A DNA stretch of 64,000 nucleotides from Chiloscyllium plagiosum (GCF_004010195.1 NC_057717.1:103258522-103322521), one strand, 5' to 3'. Numbered from the stretch's first letter, positions 24,660 through 37,865 are shown. Notes: generated from the letters alone by a model not told the origin. Made by a program: numbers and translations.

Positions 24660-26800
24660 AACATAGAACATAGAACATAGAACATAGAACATAGAACAAT
24701 ACAGCGCAGAACAGGCCTTTCGGTCCTCGACGTTGCAATGACTGTGAACTAATCTAAGCCTATTCACCCTACGCTATCCCATCATCATCCATGTGCTTGT
24801 CCAAGGATTGTTTAAATCTCCCTAATGTGGCTGAGTTAACTACATTAGCAGGTAGGGCATTCAATGCCCTTACCACTCTCTGAGCAAAGAACCTGCCTTT
24901 AACATCAGTCTTAAATCTAACAGCCCTCAATTTGTGGTTATGCCCCCTCGTACAAGCCGACATCATCATCCTAGGAAAAAGACTTTCACTGTCCACTCTA
25001 TCTAATCCTCTGATCATCTTGTAAGTCTCTATTAAATCCCCTCTTAGCCTTCTTCTCTCCAATGAGAACAGACCCAATCCCTCAGCCTTTCCTCATAAGA
25101 CCTTTGTTCCAGACCAGGGTCTAGATTAGTGGTGCTGGAAGAGCACAGCAGTTCAGGCAGCATCCGAGGAGCAGTAAAATCGACATTTCGGGCAAAAGCC
25201 CTTCATCAGGAATACAGGCAGAGAGCCTGAAGCATGGAGAGATAAGTGAGAGGAGGGTGGGTGTGGGGAGAAAGTAGCATAGAGTACAATAGGTAATTGG
25301 GGGAGGGGATGAAGGTGATAGGTCGGGGGCGGGGGGAGGGTGGAGTGGATAGGTGGAAAAGAAGNNNNNNNNNNNNNNNNNNNNNNNNNNNNNNNNNNNN
25401 NNNNNNNNNNNNNNNNNNNNNNNNNNNNNNNNNNNNNNNNNNNNNNNNNNNNNNNNNNNNNNNNNNNNNNNNNNNNNNNNNNNNNNNNNNNNNNNNNNNN
25501 NNNNNNNNNNNNNNNNNNNNNNNNNNNNNNNNNNNNNNNNNNNNNNNNNNNNNNNNNNNNNNNNNNNNNNNNNNNNNNNNNNNNNNNNNNNNNNNNNNNN
25601 NNNNNNNNNNNNNNNNNNNNNNNNNNNNNNNNNNNNNNNNNNNNNNNNNNNNNNNNNNNNNNNNNNNNNNNNNNNNNNNNNNNNNNNNNNNNNNNNNNNN
25701 NNNNNNNNNNNNNNNNNNNNNNNNNNNNNNNNNNNNNNNNNNNNNNNNNNNNNNNNNNNNNNNNNNNNNNNNNNNNNNNNNNNNNNNNNNNNNNNNNNNN
25801 NNNNNNNNNNNNNNNNNNNNNNNNNNNNNNNNNNNNNNNNNNNNNNNNNNNNNNNNNNNNNNNNNNNNNNNNNNNNNNNNNNNNNNNNNNNNNNNNNNNN
25901 NNNNNNNNNNNNNNNNNNNNNNNNNNNNNNNNNNNNNNNNNNNNNNNNNNNNNNNNNNNNNNNNNNNNNNNNNNNNNNNNNNNNNNNNNNNNNNNNNNNN
26001 NNNNNNNNNNNNNNNNNNNNNNNNNNNNNNNNNNNNNNNNNNNNNNNNNNNNNNNNNNNNNNNNNNNNNNNNNNNNNNNNNNNNNNNNNNNNNNNNNNNN
26101 NNNNNNNNNNNNNNNNNNNNNNNNNNNNNNNNNNNNNNNNNNNNNNNNNNNNNNNNNNNNNNNNNNNNNNNATCAAGTTGGTCGTCATTAATGGAGATGG
26201 AGAGGTCTAGGAAGGGGAGGGAGATGTCAGAGATGGTCCAGGTAAATTTAAGGTCAGGGTGGAATGTGTTGGTGAAGTTGATGGATTGCTCAACCTCCTC
26301 GCAAGAGCACGAGGTGGCGCCAATGCAGTCATCAATGTAGCGGAGGAAGAGGTGGGGAGTGGTGCCGGTGTAATTACAGAAGATCAACTGTTCTATGTAG
26401 TCAACAAAGAGATAGGTATAGCTGGGGCCCATACGTGTTCCCATGGCTACCCCTTTGGTCTGGAGGAAGTGGGAGGATTCGAAGGAGAAATTGTTAAGGG
26501 TGAGGACGGATTGGATATCCATGGTGAAGATGAGGCGTTGGGGGCTGGGGAAACGGAAGTCTTGGAGGAGGTGGAAGGTGTGACCAGGCAACATCCTGGT
26601 AAATGTCCTCTGCACCTTTTCCAATGCTTCCATATGCTTCCTATAATGGGGCAACCAGAACTGTACACAATATTCCATTTGAGGCCATACAATTGCAGCA
26701 TGACATCATGACTCCGGAACTCAATCCCTCTACCAATTAAACCTAACACACCGTATGTCTTCTTAACAATACATCAACCTGGGTGGCAGCTTTCAGGGAT
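24660..26800 (-). mobile_element. CR1 LINE 3' fragment with (AGAACAT)n tail, split by a Penelope-like insertion
   Basis: ORF 24769-25077 GLFSLERRRLRGDLIETYKMIRGLDRVD; CR1 resumes at 26582 (MEYCVQFWLPHYRK). Confidence 0.9.
25119..26581 (-). mobile_element. Penelope-like retroelement (RT fragment plus 3' terminal repeat), 5'-truncated, spanning gap 25365-26171
   Basis: RT motifs TMDIQS, QTKGVAMGTRMGPSY, RYIDDC, LPFLDL; TSD GACCAGG at 25112-25118 and 26582-26588. Confidence 0.92.
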
Positions 26801-27034
26801 GTACATTGTGTACAGATTGCCAGAGGAGGTGGTAGAGGTAAGTACATTTAAAAGACATTTGGACAGGTACAGAGATAAGAAAGGATTTAGATGGATATGG
26901 GCCAAATGCAGGCAAATGGGACTAGGTTAGTTGAGGAAACCTGGTCAGCATGGGCAAGTTTGGGCTGAGAGGACTGTTTCTCTGCTGTTATGACTTTACA
27001 AACTCTTTTAAAAGCACGGTACACTGGCAACTTT

Positions 27035-28083
27035 GGGGAGATTAAAATCCAGGATGTGCAAAGTTGGAGAAGTGAGAGGTAGTGTCTTAGAGATGTACAG
27101 CACGGAAACAAACCCTTCAGTAAAACCCATCCGTGCCGACCAGATATCCCAACCCAATCTAGTCCCACCTGCCAGCATCCAGCCCATATCCCTCCAAACC
27201 CTTCCTATTCATATACCCATCCAAATGCCTTTTAAATGTTGCAATTGTATTAGCTTCACCACTTCCTCTGGCAGCTCATTCCACACACGTACCACCCTCT
27301 GTGTGAAAAAGTTGCCCCTTAGGTCTCGTTTATATCTTTCCCCTCTCACCCTAAACCTATGCCCTCTAGTTCTGGACTCCCCCACACCGGAGAAGAGAGT
27401 TTGTCTATTTATCCTACCCATACCCCTCATGATTTTATAAACTCCTCAGCCTTCGACGATCCAGTTGAAAATAGCCCCAATCTCTCCCTGTAGCTCAAAT
27501 CCTCCAACCTTGGCAACATCCTTGTAAATCCTTTCTGAACCCTTTCAAGTTTCACAACGGGGAGATTAAAATCCAGGATGTGCAAAGTTGGAGAAGTGAG
27601 AGGTAGTGACATAGAGATGTACAGCACGGAAACAAACCCTTCAGTAAAACCCATCCGTGCCGACCAGATATCCCAACCCAATCTAGTCCCACCTGCCAGC
27701 ATCCAGCCCATATCCCTCCAAACCCTTCCTATTCATATACCCATCCAAATGCCTTTTAAATGTTGCAATTGTACCAGCCTCCACCACTTCCTCTGGCAGC
27801 TCATTCCACACACGTACCACCCTCTGTGTGAAAAAGTTGCCCCTTAGGTCTCGTTTATATCTTTCCCCTCTCACCCTAAACCTATGCCCTCTAGTTCTGG
27901 ACTCCCCCACATCGGAGAAGAGAGTTTGTCTATTTATCCTACCCATACCCCTCATGATTTTATAAACTCCTCAGCCTTCGACGATCCAGTTGAAAATAGC
28001 CCCAATCTCTCCCTGTAGCTCAAATCCTCCAACCTTGGCAACATCCTTGTAAATCCTTTCTGAACCCTTTCAAGTTTCACAAC
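27035..28083 (+). repeat. About 525-bp tandem duplication (27035-27558 / 27559-28083)
   Basis: Near-identical copies of the CR1 3' end plus about 50 bp of flank. Confidence 0.93.
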
Positions 28084-30530
28084 ATCTTTCCGATAGGAAG
28101 GAGACCAGTATTGCACACAATATTCCAACAGTGGCCTAACCAATGTCCTGTACAGCCGCAACATGACCTCCCAACTCCTGTACTCAATACTCTGACCAAT
28201 AAAGGAAAGCATACCAAATGCCTTCTTCACTATCCTATCTACCTGCGACTCTACTTTCAAGGAACTATGAACCTACACTCCAAGGTCATTTTGTTCAGCA
28301 ACACTCCCTGGGACCTTACCATTAAGTGTATAAGTCCTGCTAAGATTTGCTTTCCCAAAATTAGGCACCTTACATAGATCTAAGTTAAACTCCATCTGCC
28401 ACTTCTCAGCCCATTGGCCCACCTGGTCAAGATCCTGTTGTAATCTGAGGTAACCTTCTTCACTGTCCACTACATCTCCAATTTTGGTGTCATCTGCAAA
28501 CTTACTAACTGTACCTCTTATGCTCACATCCAAATCATTTATACAAACAATGAAAAGTAGAGGACCCAGCACTGATCCTTGTGGCACTCCACTGGTCACA
28601 GGCCTCCAGTCTGAAAAACAACCCTCCACCACCGCCCTTTGTCTTCTACCTTTGAGCCAGTTCTGTATCCAAATAGCTAGTTCTCCCTGTATTCCATGAG
28701 ATCTAACCTTGCTAATCAGTCTCCCATGGGGAACCTTGTCGAATGCCTTACTGAAGTCCAAATAGATCATGTCTACCACTCTGCCATCATCAAACCTCTT
28801 TGTTGGCTCTTCAAAAACCTCAATCAAGTTTGTGAGACATGATTTCTCACGCACAAAGCCATGTTGACTATCCCTAATCAGTCCTTACCTGCCCCTCAGG
28901 ATTCCCTCCAACAACTTGCCCACCACTGATGTCAGGCTCACCGGTCTATAGTTTTCTGGCTTGTCCTTACCACCCTTCTTAAACAGTGGCTCCACGTTAC
29001 CCAAACTCCAGTCTTCTGGCACCTCACCTGTGACTATTGATGATACAAATATCTCAGCAAGAGGCCCAGCAATCACTTCCCTAGCTTCCCACAGAGTTCT
29101 CGGGTACACCTGGTCGGGTCCTGGGAATTTATCCTCTTTTATGTGTTTCAAGACATCCAACACCACCTCCCCTGTAATATGGACATTTTTCAAGGTATCA
29201 CCATCTATTTCCCTACAGTCTATATCTTCCATATCCTTTTCCACAGTAAATAATGATGCAAAATACACATTTAGTATCTCCCCCATTTCCTGTGGCTCCA
29301 CACAAAGGCCGCCTTGCTGATCTTTGAGGGGCCATATTCTCTCCCTAGTTACCCTTTTGTCCTTAATGTATTTGCAAAAACCCTTTGGATTCTCTTTAAC
29401 TCTATTTGCCAAAGCTATCTCATGTCCCCTTTTTGCCCTCCTGATTTCCCTCTGCCTTTATACTCTTCTAAGGATTCACTCACTCTCTCCGGTCTATACC
29501 TTATCCACCCCTCAATTTCTTTAGTTATCCAGCATCCCCTATATGTACAAGCCTTCCCTTTCACCCTGACAGGAATATACTTTCTCTGGATTCTTGTTAT
29601 CTCATTTCTGAAGGCTTCCCATTTTCCAGCTGTTCCTTTACCTGCGAACATCTGCCCCCAATCAACTTTTGAAAGTTCTTGCCTAATACCATCAAAATTA
29701 GCCTTCCTCCAATTTCGAACATCAACTTGTAGATCTAGTCTAGTCTATCCTTTTCCATCACTATTTTAAAACTAATAGAGTTATGGTCGCTGGCCCCAAA
29801 GTGCTCCCCCACTGACACCTCAGTCATCTGCCCTGCCTTATTTCTCAACAGTAGGTCAGGTTTTGCACCTTCTCTAGTAGGTGCATTCACATACTGAATC
29901 AGAAAGTTTTCCTGTACACACTTAACAAATGCTTCTCCATCTCAACCTTTAACACTATGGCAGTCCCAGTCGATGCTTGGAAAGTTAAAATCCCCTACCA
30001 TAACCACCCCATTATTCTTACAGATAGCTGAGACCTCCTTACAAATTTGTTTCTCAATTTCCCTCTGACTATTGGGGGGTCTATAATACAATCCCAATAA
30101 GGTAATCATCCCTTTCTTATTTCTCAGTTCCATCTAAATAACTTCCCTGGATGTATTTCTCGGAATATCCTCCCTCAGCACAGCTGTAATGCTGTCCCTT
30201 ATCAATAACAACATTCCTCTTCCTCTCTTGCCTCCCTTTCTGTCCTTACTGTAGCAATTGTATCCTGGAACATTAAGCTGCCAGCCCTATCCATCCCTGA
30301 GCCATGTTTCTGTAATTGCTATGATATCCCAGTCCCATGTGCCTAACCGTGCCCTGAGTTCATCTGCCTTCCCTGTTAGGCCGCTTGCATTGAAATAAAT
30401 GCAGTTTAATTTATCAGTCCTACCCTATTCTCTGCTTTGTCCCTGCTCACCCTGACTGTTTGACTTGCTTCTTTTCTCATTCCTCAGTATCTCCCTGGGT
30501 CCCACACCCCCCACTTCCCCTTACTGGTTC
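27610..30530 (-). mobile_element. Long decayed CR1/HER1 LINE ORF2 (AP endonuclease plus reverse transcriptase)
   Basis: APE: GLYYRPPNS..MVGDFNFP; NYRPVSLTSVVGKLLE. RT: YLDFSKAFDKVPH, GVPQGSVLGPLLF, KFADDTK. Broken by stops and frameshifts into ORFs 29942-30133, 28885-29412, 28273-28854, 27952-28260, 27683-27955. Confidence 0.96.
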
Positions 30531-32594
30531 AAATCCTCCTGAGCAGTGTCAGAATACTACTGTGTACCCAGAGGACATAGATTTAAGATCATTTGTACAG
30601 TGGAGGACATTATTTTTAACTCAACTATTTGTAATGCGCTGTTTGCTTAACTTTTTCATGGGGTGTGGGCATCACTCATTTGTTGCCCATCTTTAATTGA
30701 CCTGGAATGGAATCTCTCGCTAGGCTATTTCAGAAGGAAGTTAGTAGCCAAAGCCATTGCTGTGGTTCTGGAGTCACACGTAGGCCAGGCCTGGTAAAGA
30801 TGGTAGATTTCCTTCCCTAGAGAATATGAGTGAACCAGGTTGGGGTACTTTGAGCAATTGGATATAGTTGTCATGGACATCATCACTGAAACTCGCTTCT
30901 AATTCCAGATTTATGAATTGAATTTAAGTTTTCCAAGCCTCTGTTGGCATTATTACAATACGCCTTCATCTTTGACTGAGCACAAAACATTGTGGAAAGA
31001 GCAGTGGAGGAGTGTGTGTGTGTCTAACCTTCCAATGAGCTGTCCCATATTCGACAGGCTGAACAGCCTGTTCCTGTGCACTCGGGTTCCCTGATCATTT
31101 TAGGTTCTCTCCTCAGGCGTGGCCGCTAGGAGTTGGTATTGAGGGGAATCAGCAGACCAATCAGCTCTCTTTATCAGTCGAGAGTTTGAAGTGGGTTAAA
31201 GGAAATGGACAGAGATAAAGCTTTAAAAAACATCCCCCACCGAAAGCAAAAAAGTCTAAGAAAAAATTACAGCAACGATGAGCAGAGTTCGTCTGTGCCA
31301 GTCTGTTCTGACTATGTGTCAAATGAACAGGGCTTAAGCAGCTGAAATCTCTTATCAAATGGGCATCTTCAAGCACCTTCTGCCAACTGCCATATTAAAT
31401 ATGATTATCCCCATTGAATAAATCCTTTGAGTGCCAGTACCTATTGCAGTCAGATCTGCTGGGCTGTTTCCTTGGGTACCATCTAGCCTATTCAGACTAA
31501 TTAACAAGAGCAATGGTTTCATATTAACCAGGGTCTGTGTTAGACAGGTTAGTAAAAGTATTCTAATCATAACGTCCCTATGACAGCCTGTCATTGATTT
31601 CCTTGTAGCTTCAAATGATTTTCTCAAGATTTTACTGTTGCCAACAGAATTTCATGGACTGATTAACAAGCATGCATATTGAATGGAACATTGGCTGTCT
31701 CCATAATTGATCTTATTTTGTGGTATGAGTGCATGTCGATAATGAGAATATCCTTTGTCATAAACTAAAAATGTTAGCACATCCGATTATTTCCTTAAAC
31801 ATAAGCCGGCACAGCACAGTTTATCACCACCTGTCTGTTTGACCGTATGATGTACAGAAATTCTAAATCACTGGGAGACCAGCGGGAAGCAGCAAATACG
31901 TGACAATCAGCAGGGAAAGCAGAGGTCACAAGAAATCCAGAACCGAGCTAATGACATCCAGACAGGGATAAGATCGCTTAAAAGTGTTGAGAGCAACTCT
32001 TTCTCAGAGCTGCATGCCGCAGGGCGCAATGATAAGTCTAGAGAGGCAGCACTGTTATGATCCTAGCGAGCATTGTGTCACCTTTTTGGTATAGCTGCTC
32101 TAATTATCTCCCTCTCCCTCCCATAGACCTGCAGTTTTTCTTCCATTTTCTAGGGTATATCCAATTTCCATCCAGAACTGCATTCCAGACCATCACAGCA
32201 CGCTGGCTGGAATTTTCCCAGCCCTGGACCCATGGAGCTATTGATGGTCCAGTTGGGAAAATAGGGGGAGATCAGCAGAAATTGACACTGAGAGGAGAAA
32301 ACTCCAATTCTTCAACCAAGAACTGAACGGTGAAATGAGAATCTCACTAGTGGCTGGGAACTGGCCTACCTGTATCCGTTTCCATTGCCATTGATACCTA
32401 AGCTCACCTCATTGATGTGCTGTTTCCTATTCCCCCACCTGCCAGGTAGAAACTAGATGGTAACAATTCCCGAGTAAATGTTAAAGTGGATACTTAGTGA
32501 CTCCAGTTCATCCAGACTTGAACTTTGGCAATCAGAGACCACCATCCTAGGGCACACCCCACGCACTGTGACTGCCTCATAGAACCATATAGCC

Positions 32595-33085
32595 ACAGAA
32601 TCATACAGCACAGAAACAGATCCTTTGGTTCAACTCATCCATGTCGACCAGGTTTCCTGAATTAAACTAGTGCTAGTTACCTGCATTTGACCCATATCCC
32701 TCTAAACCTTTGCCACTCATGTAGCTATCCAAGGATCTTCTAAATATTAAACTTGTAACTGCAGCTCCCACTCCCTCTGTCAGTTACGCACACAAGCAAC
32801 CCTCTTGTGTGAAAATGATGCCCCTCAGGTCCTTTTTAAATCTTTCTCCTCTCACCTTAAAAATATTCCCTCGAGTTTTGAGATTCCCAACTCAAGGGAA
32901 GGGACCTTTCTCTGTTCACCTTATCTATGACCCTCATGATTTTATAAACCTCTATAATGTCATCCCTCAGCCTCCCATATTCTATTGAGAAATGCCCCAG
33001 CTTCTCCTTATAACTCAAACCCTCCAGTCCTGGCAACATCCTGGTAAATATTTTCTGAACCCTCTCCATTTTCATAATATCTTCA
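32595..33085 (-). mobile_element. CR1 LINE 3' fragment
   Basis: KMERVQKIFTRMLPGLEGLSYKEKL. Confidence 0.85.
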
Positions 33086-33675
33086 TAGTTAAGGATCTGT
33101 TTACTCTGCTTTGGCTCTGTAACCTGATCAATCTATCAGTTAACTGAGATCAATCAAACTCAATTTCAAATATTTCCACTGACGCACTCCTTCCCTCAGA
33201 ATCTACGATCTTTGATGGAGAGAGTTCCAGACTTCTTCACCTTTTATGTGAACAATTATTACTTGTAATCACCTTAGAACAATCCAGATTTAATTATAAG
33301 GTTATGGCACTGGGTTTTGGAGTCCCCCAGCAGTATCTCTGTGTTTATTCATTCACGGGATGAATGGGCCAGCATTTATTTCCCATTCCTAATTGCCACC
33401 GGAGAATGTGATAGTGAGCTGCCTTCTTGAACTGCCTTAATCCACTGAGCGTAGGTCGACCCACAATGCTATTAAGGAGGGAAGTCCAGGACTTTGACCC
33501 AGCGACAGTGAAGGAACAGCGATATATTTCCAAGCCAGGGTGGTGGTTGGCTTGGAGGCAAGCTTGCGGCTGCATTATTGAATGCTTCTGAACATCTGAA
33601 AAATCCGCAATTCGATCACCCCTTAATCTTGATGAAGGAGCCTTTATCTTGAGTGAAGGTGAATCATCTCAAACA

Positions 33676-33848
33676 TAAAGTTAAAAATCACACAACACCA
33701 GGTTATAGTCCAGCAGGTTTAATTGTAAGCACCTGATGTAGGAGCAGCGCTCCGAAAGCTAGTGTACTTCCAATTAAACCTGTTGGACTATAACCTGGTG
33801 TTGTGTGATTTTTAACTTTGTACACCCCAGTCCAACACCGGCATCTCC
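33676..33848. mobile_element. Palindromic Penelope-derived mini-element, 15-bp TSD
   Basis: GAATCATCTCAAACA at 33661-33675 and 33849-33863; inverted arms of about 50 bp around a hammerhead-like core. Confidence 0.82.
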
Positions 33849-34533
33849 GAATCATCTCAAACACATGGAGAAGCTGTAGGCAAGAGGTTTAATCAGAGCT
33901 GGTCTCATCCTTTGGCCACACAAAGCTTGCAACGTGAAAGTGATTCATTAGTGCTTTGACTAGCTTCATGGACGATCTACACTGTTTTAATTCCAACGAC
34001 CAGGTAATTTTGTACTTTATTTTGCAAAAAGTCCTTCCTTTTGTGTTATTTCACTCAAATTATTGGAAAGTCTGTTAACAAGTCCAAGTAATTAAGAATA
34101 TAGCAACGCAATTAAAAGGAGTAGATTGCATTACACATGACAGCCACCTCTACTGTACTGCAGTAACTCCAACTCATTAAACCCTGTTAATGAGATCAAG
34201 GGAGTTGCAATCAGTTGCACTGGTAGACTTGAGGGAACGAGAGAGAACAGTGTTTGTACACTGATAATACAGTGGAGTTCTTTCCTCTAACTAAATGTTG
34301 AGGTGAACAAATCTATCGCTTTATGCACCTTCTGATCTCAGCTGCTTATTTATTCTCTGAACACTGGAGCATATTGCCAGATTGTTAAAAAATCTTAGCA
34401 CTCCATTTGACCCCAGCATGCTTCAAACCTGATGTCATACACGCCACCTGACGAAGGAGCAGCCTTTTGAAAGCCTGTGATTTTAAGTTAACCTGTTGGA
34501 CTATAACCTGGTGTCATGTGACATCCGACTATG

Positions 34534-34747
34534 GTTGAGAGTGTGTTGCTGGAAAAGCACAGCAGGTCGGGCAGCATCCGAGGAGCAGGAGAATCGACAT
34601 TTCGGGCCGGAGCTCTTCATGAGGATTCCTGATGAAGAGCTCCGACCCAAAGCGTCGATCCTGACCTGCTGCGCTTTTCCAGCAGCACACTCTCGACTCT
34701 GATCTCCAGCAGCTGCAGACCTCACTTTCTCCTAGTTGATTTCAACC
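34534..34747. mobile_element. Palindromic Penelope-derived mini-element, 15-bp TSD
   Basis: TGACATCYGACTATG at 34519-34533 and 34748-34762; inversion centre at about 34626 (gagctcttcatgagga|ttcctgatgaagagctc). Confidence 0.8.
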
Positions 34748-35509
34748 TGACATCTGACTATGTCCTACTCATCAGTGAAACTGCTTTCCACAGAAGTCTT
34801 CAAACCCAGTCTATACTACTAAATATACAGCGTTGACATTTCCAAGGTTAAAAAAAAAATTCCATTACAGGATATGGGTGCCACTGGTAAAACTATCTTT
34901 TTTTTTTGAGTTGTGCAAGACATGGTGTAAACATCAAATAACTTTATTAATATTCCACCACCGGAAACATAAACACCCATGTGGCCAAGGGACTACTGAC
35001 AAGCAAAACCCAGAGTGAGAAATGCTAAAGCTATCATTTATTGCATGTTCCCAATTACTTTGGGAAGGTGCTGGTGAGTCACCTCCTTAAGAACTACTGA
35101 GTGTTTCCTGGGTCATTTCAGTGGACAGTTATGAGTCAATCCTACTACTGTAGGTCTGGAGTGTTATGTAGGCCGGACGAGATAAGGACGGCAGATTTCC
35201 TTCCTAAAAAGGATATTAATGAACCAGGTGGGATTTTATAGAAGTTTGGTCGTTACATATTCACAGTATAGCATTGGTTAGCTCAGTTGATTGGACAGCT
35301 GGTTTGCAATGCAAAGTGATACCAACAGCATGAGTTCAACTCCAGCACCAGCTGAGATTACTGTGAAAGACTCTCCTTCTCAACATTTCCCTCTGCCTGA
35401 GGCCTGGTGATCCTCAGGTCAAACCACCTCCAGTCATCTCTCACTGATGAGTATTGCTGAGTCACTGAATTCACTCTCTAAGTATGTCATGGGCTTCTAG
35501 TCCAATGGG

Positions 35510-35855
35510 TGGCACAGTGGCTGGCACTGCTGCCTCACAGTGCCAGGGACCTGCGTTCGATTCCAACCTCAGGTGACTGTCAGTGTGGAGATTGCACATT
35601 CTCCCTGTGTCTGCATGGGCTTCCTCCAGGTGCTCTGGTTTCCTCCCACAATCCAAAGATGTGCAGGTTAGATGAACTAGCCATGCTAAATTACACATAG
35701 TGTTCAGGGTTGTGTAGGTTAGGTGCAGTAGTCTGGGGTAAATACAGGATAATGGGGTAGGTGAATGGGTCTGGGAGGGTTTCTGTTTGGAGGGTCAATG
35801 TGGACTTGTTGGGCCAAAGGCTGTTTCTATTTAGATTCTCCGTAGGGATTCTAAG
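35510..35855 (+). mobile_element. HE1 SINE
   Basis: Head, body and tail all recognisable. Confidence 0.85.
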
Positions 35856-35889
35856 ATTCAATGACCCAGCATCCAAATATGCAAACAGC

Positions 35890-36150
35890 AATCTCCCACA
35901 GATAGTGTTGAACTAACCCATTGTTTGATGATATTGAGAAATGTATTAGATGAGATGCTGGGAAGATTGATTCCTCTCCCCTTCAAAATTATACCCTATG
36001 GTCTTTTACATCCACCCTTAATATCTGAAAGACAGCACTTCTGATACTGCACCACTCGCTCAGTAGGGAACGGCCACCCAGATCTTGTGCTCTGACCTCT
36101 GGAGTGGGACTTGAACCCACCACCATTTGAGTCACAGTCAGAAGTGCCAT
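35890..36150 (-). mobile_element. Old Deu-domain-like SINE (similar copies at about 38560-38850, 48620-48820, 63770-64000)
   Basis: ggagtgggacttgaacccac head and gtcttttacatccac core on the minus strand. Family assignment from memory. Confidence 0.55.
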
Positions 36151-37359
36151 CCAGTGATTCACGCCTAAAATGGTTTTCATTAAGATTCAGGAAAGGCCAG
36201 TGGTTTGAACATAAACCAGCTGTTGTAGCTAACAGTCCTGATGGACTTAGGCTGTAAAACTGTCACCTGCTGAAAGTCCCAGTGCTCATTAACAGTCCAG
36301 CAGCAGAAGATGACAAGCCGTGCCCTGTCTCTCCTTTTCCTATTTAACACAAAGAACAGATCAAAAATGCAAGTCATCAAGGAGGCCATGCAGCCTATTG
36401 TGGCTGTACTAGCTCTTAGAAAGAGCTTTCCAATTAGTCTCACTCTCCCCAGCTCTTTCTCCAGAGACCTGCAGGTTTCCCACTTTGAAGCATTCATCTA
36501 GTTCCATTAAAAGCATGAAAAATAGAAAGCTGGTCTGCTATACAATATGATTACGGATAATCTTAGGCTTTGCTGCTCAAACCCTTTGATTCCCTGAGAG
36601 TCTAAAAACCCATTCATCTCAGCCTTTACCCTTTTGGAATCTGTTTCACCTCTTGCTGGCAACAAGTTCCAGGTCACATCTCTCTGCATTTTCAAAAAAA
36701 AAATGTTTCTTCATCTAACTCTGGGACTTTGCTCTTTGCTTCGTTCACAGAAGGGGAGGGGTGTTGCAGTGGGTGAACTCGGTGCACAGTTACCATTGAA
36801 ATCCGACTGAATTCCAGAGTGGATGGGCCATCAGTTTGTATACTCTTTTCAGACTGGGGAGTTCCAATCTCAGCCCAACTCCTGGTCGCAGAACTGCTCC
36901 TCGATCGATAATTCACAACCTGGGAGCTGTGGGGACTGTCTGCTGTGTGAAACACAATCCTGGCCGTGCTTGTATGTTACAGGCACCGCAGTAAGATTGA
37001 GGTTAGAAGGTGTGTTGTGGCAGAACCAGAAAAGGCCACTGTTTAATAAAAGTGAATTGTTAGAAGGGACAACAACAGGTAAAGGATTTTCACAAGAATG
37101 CTTTATAAAACTCAGCCTTCACATTATTTTCTATTTGAAATAAAACAATTTCAAATCCAATTGCTGTTTTCACTGATCCCTGACTCTTCTGGGAAATGCT
37201 GGATGTTTAAGATGATGTACCCAAGGAAATGGAAAAACCTTTAGTTTTCTCCACAGCATCTGACTGAGTCTAATACAGAAACAAATATTCCTTTACCCTT
37301 GCAGTTCTGATAATTCTGCAACATCTTACATTTTCCCCATTCCCCCTGCTATAGGAATG

Positions 37360-37865
37360 ATGTTATTAAACTTGAGACCGCTCAGAAAAGATTTACAAGG
37401 ATGTGACCAGGGTTGGAGGGCTTGAGCTACAGGGAGAGGCTGAATAGGTTGGGGCAGTTTTCCCTGAAGCGTCGAAGGCTGAGGGGTGACCTTATCGAGG
37501 TTTATAAAATCATGAGGGGCATGGATAAGGTCAATAGATAAGGTCATTTTCCTAGGGTAGAGGAGTTTAAAGTTGGAAAACATAGTTTAGGGTGAGAGGG
37601 GAATGATTTGAAAGGGACCCAAGGGCCAATTTTTTTCATGCAGAGGGTGGTGCATGTAGGAATGAGCTGCCAGTGGAAGTGGTGGAGGCTGGTACAATTA
37701 CAACATTTAAAAGGCATCTGGATTGGTACATGAATAGGAAGGGTTTAGATGGATATGGGCCAAGTGCTGATAAATGGAACTAGATTAATTTGGATATTAA
37801 TTAGGATATCTGGACGATTTGGACCGAAGGGTCTGTTTCCGTGCTGTCCATTTCTAAGCATCTAT
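37360..37865 (+). mobile_element. CR1 LINE 3' fragment
   Basis: Consensus-like RT end and 3' UTR. Confidence 0.88.

Noticed and set aside
25121..26340. Several 280-355 aa ORFs
   Set aside because: They read through an assembly gap. Only the Penelope RT frame is meaningful.
32057..32100. Possible alternative signal-peptide first exon (MILASIVSPFWY..)
   Set aside because: No similarity to known noelin alternative N-termini and no strong donor.
35275..35450. tRNA-like sequence (tagctcagttg..gagttcaactcc)
   Set aside because: SINE head followed by a SINE body with no intact cloverleaf. The same applies to the HE1 heads.
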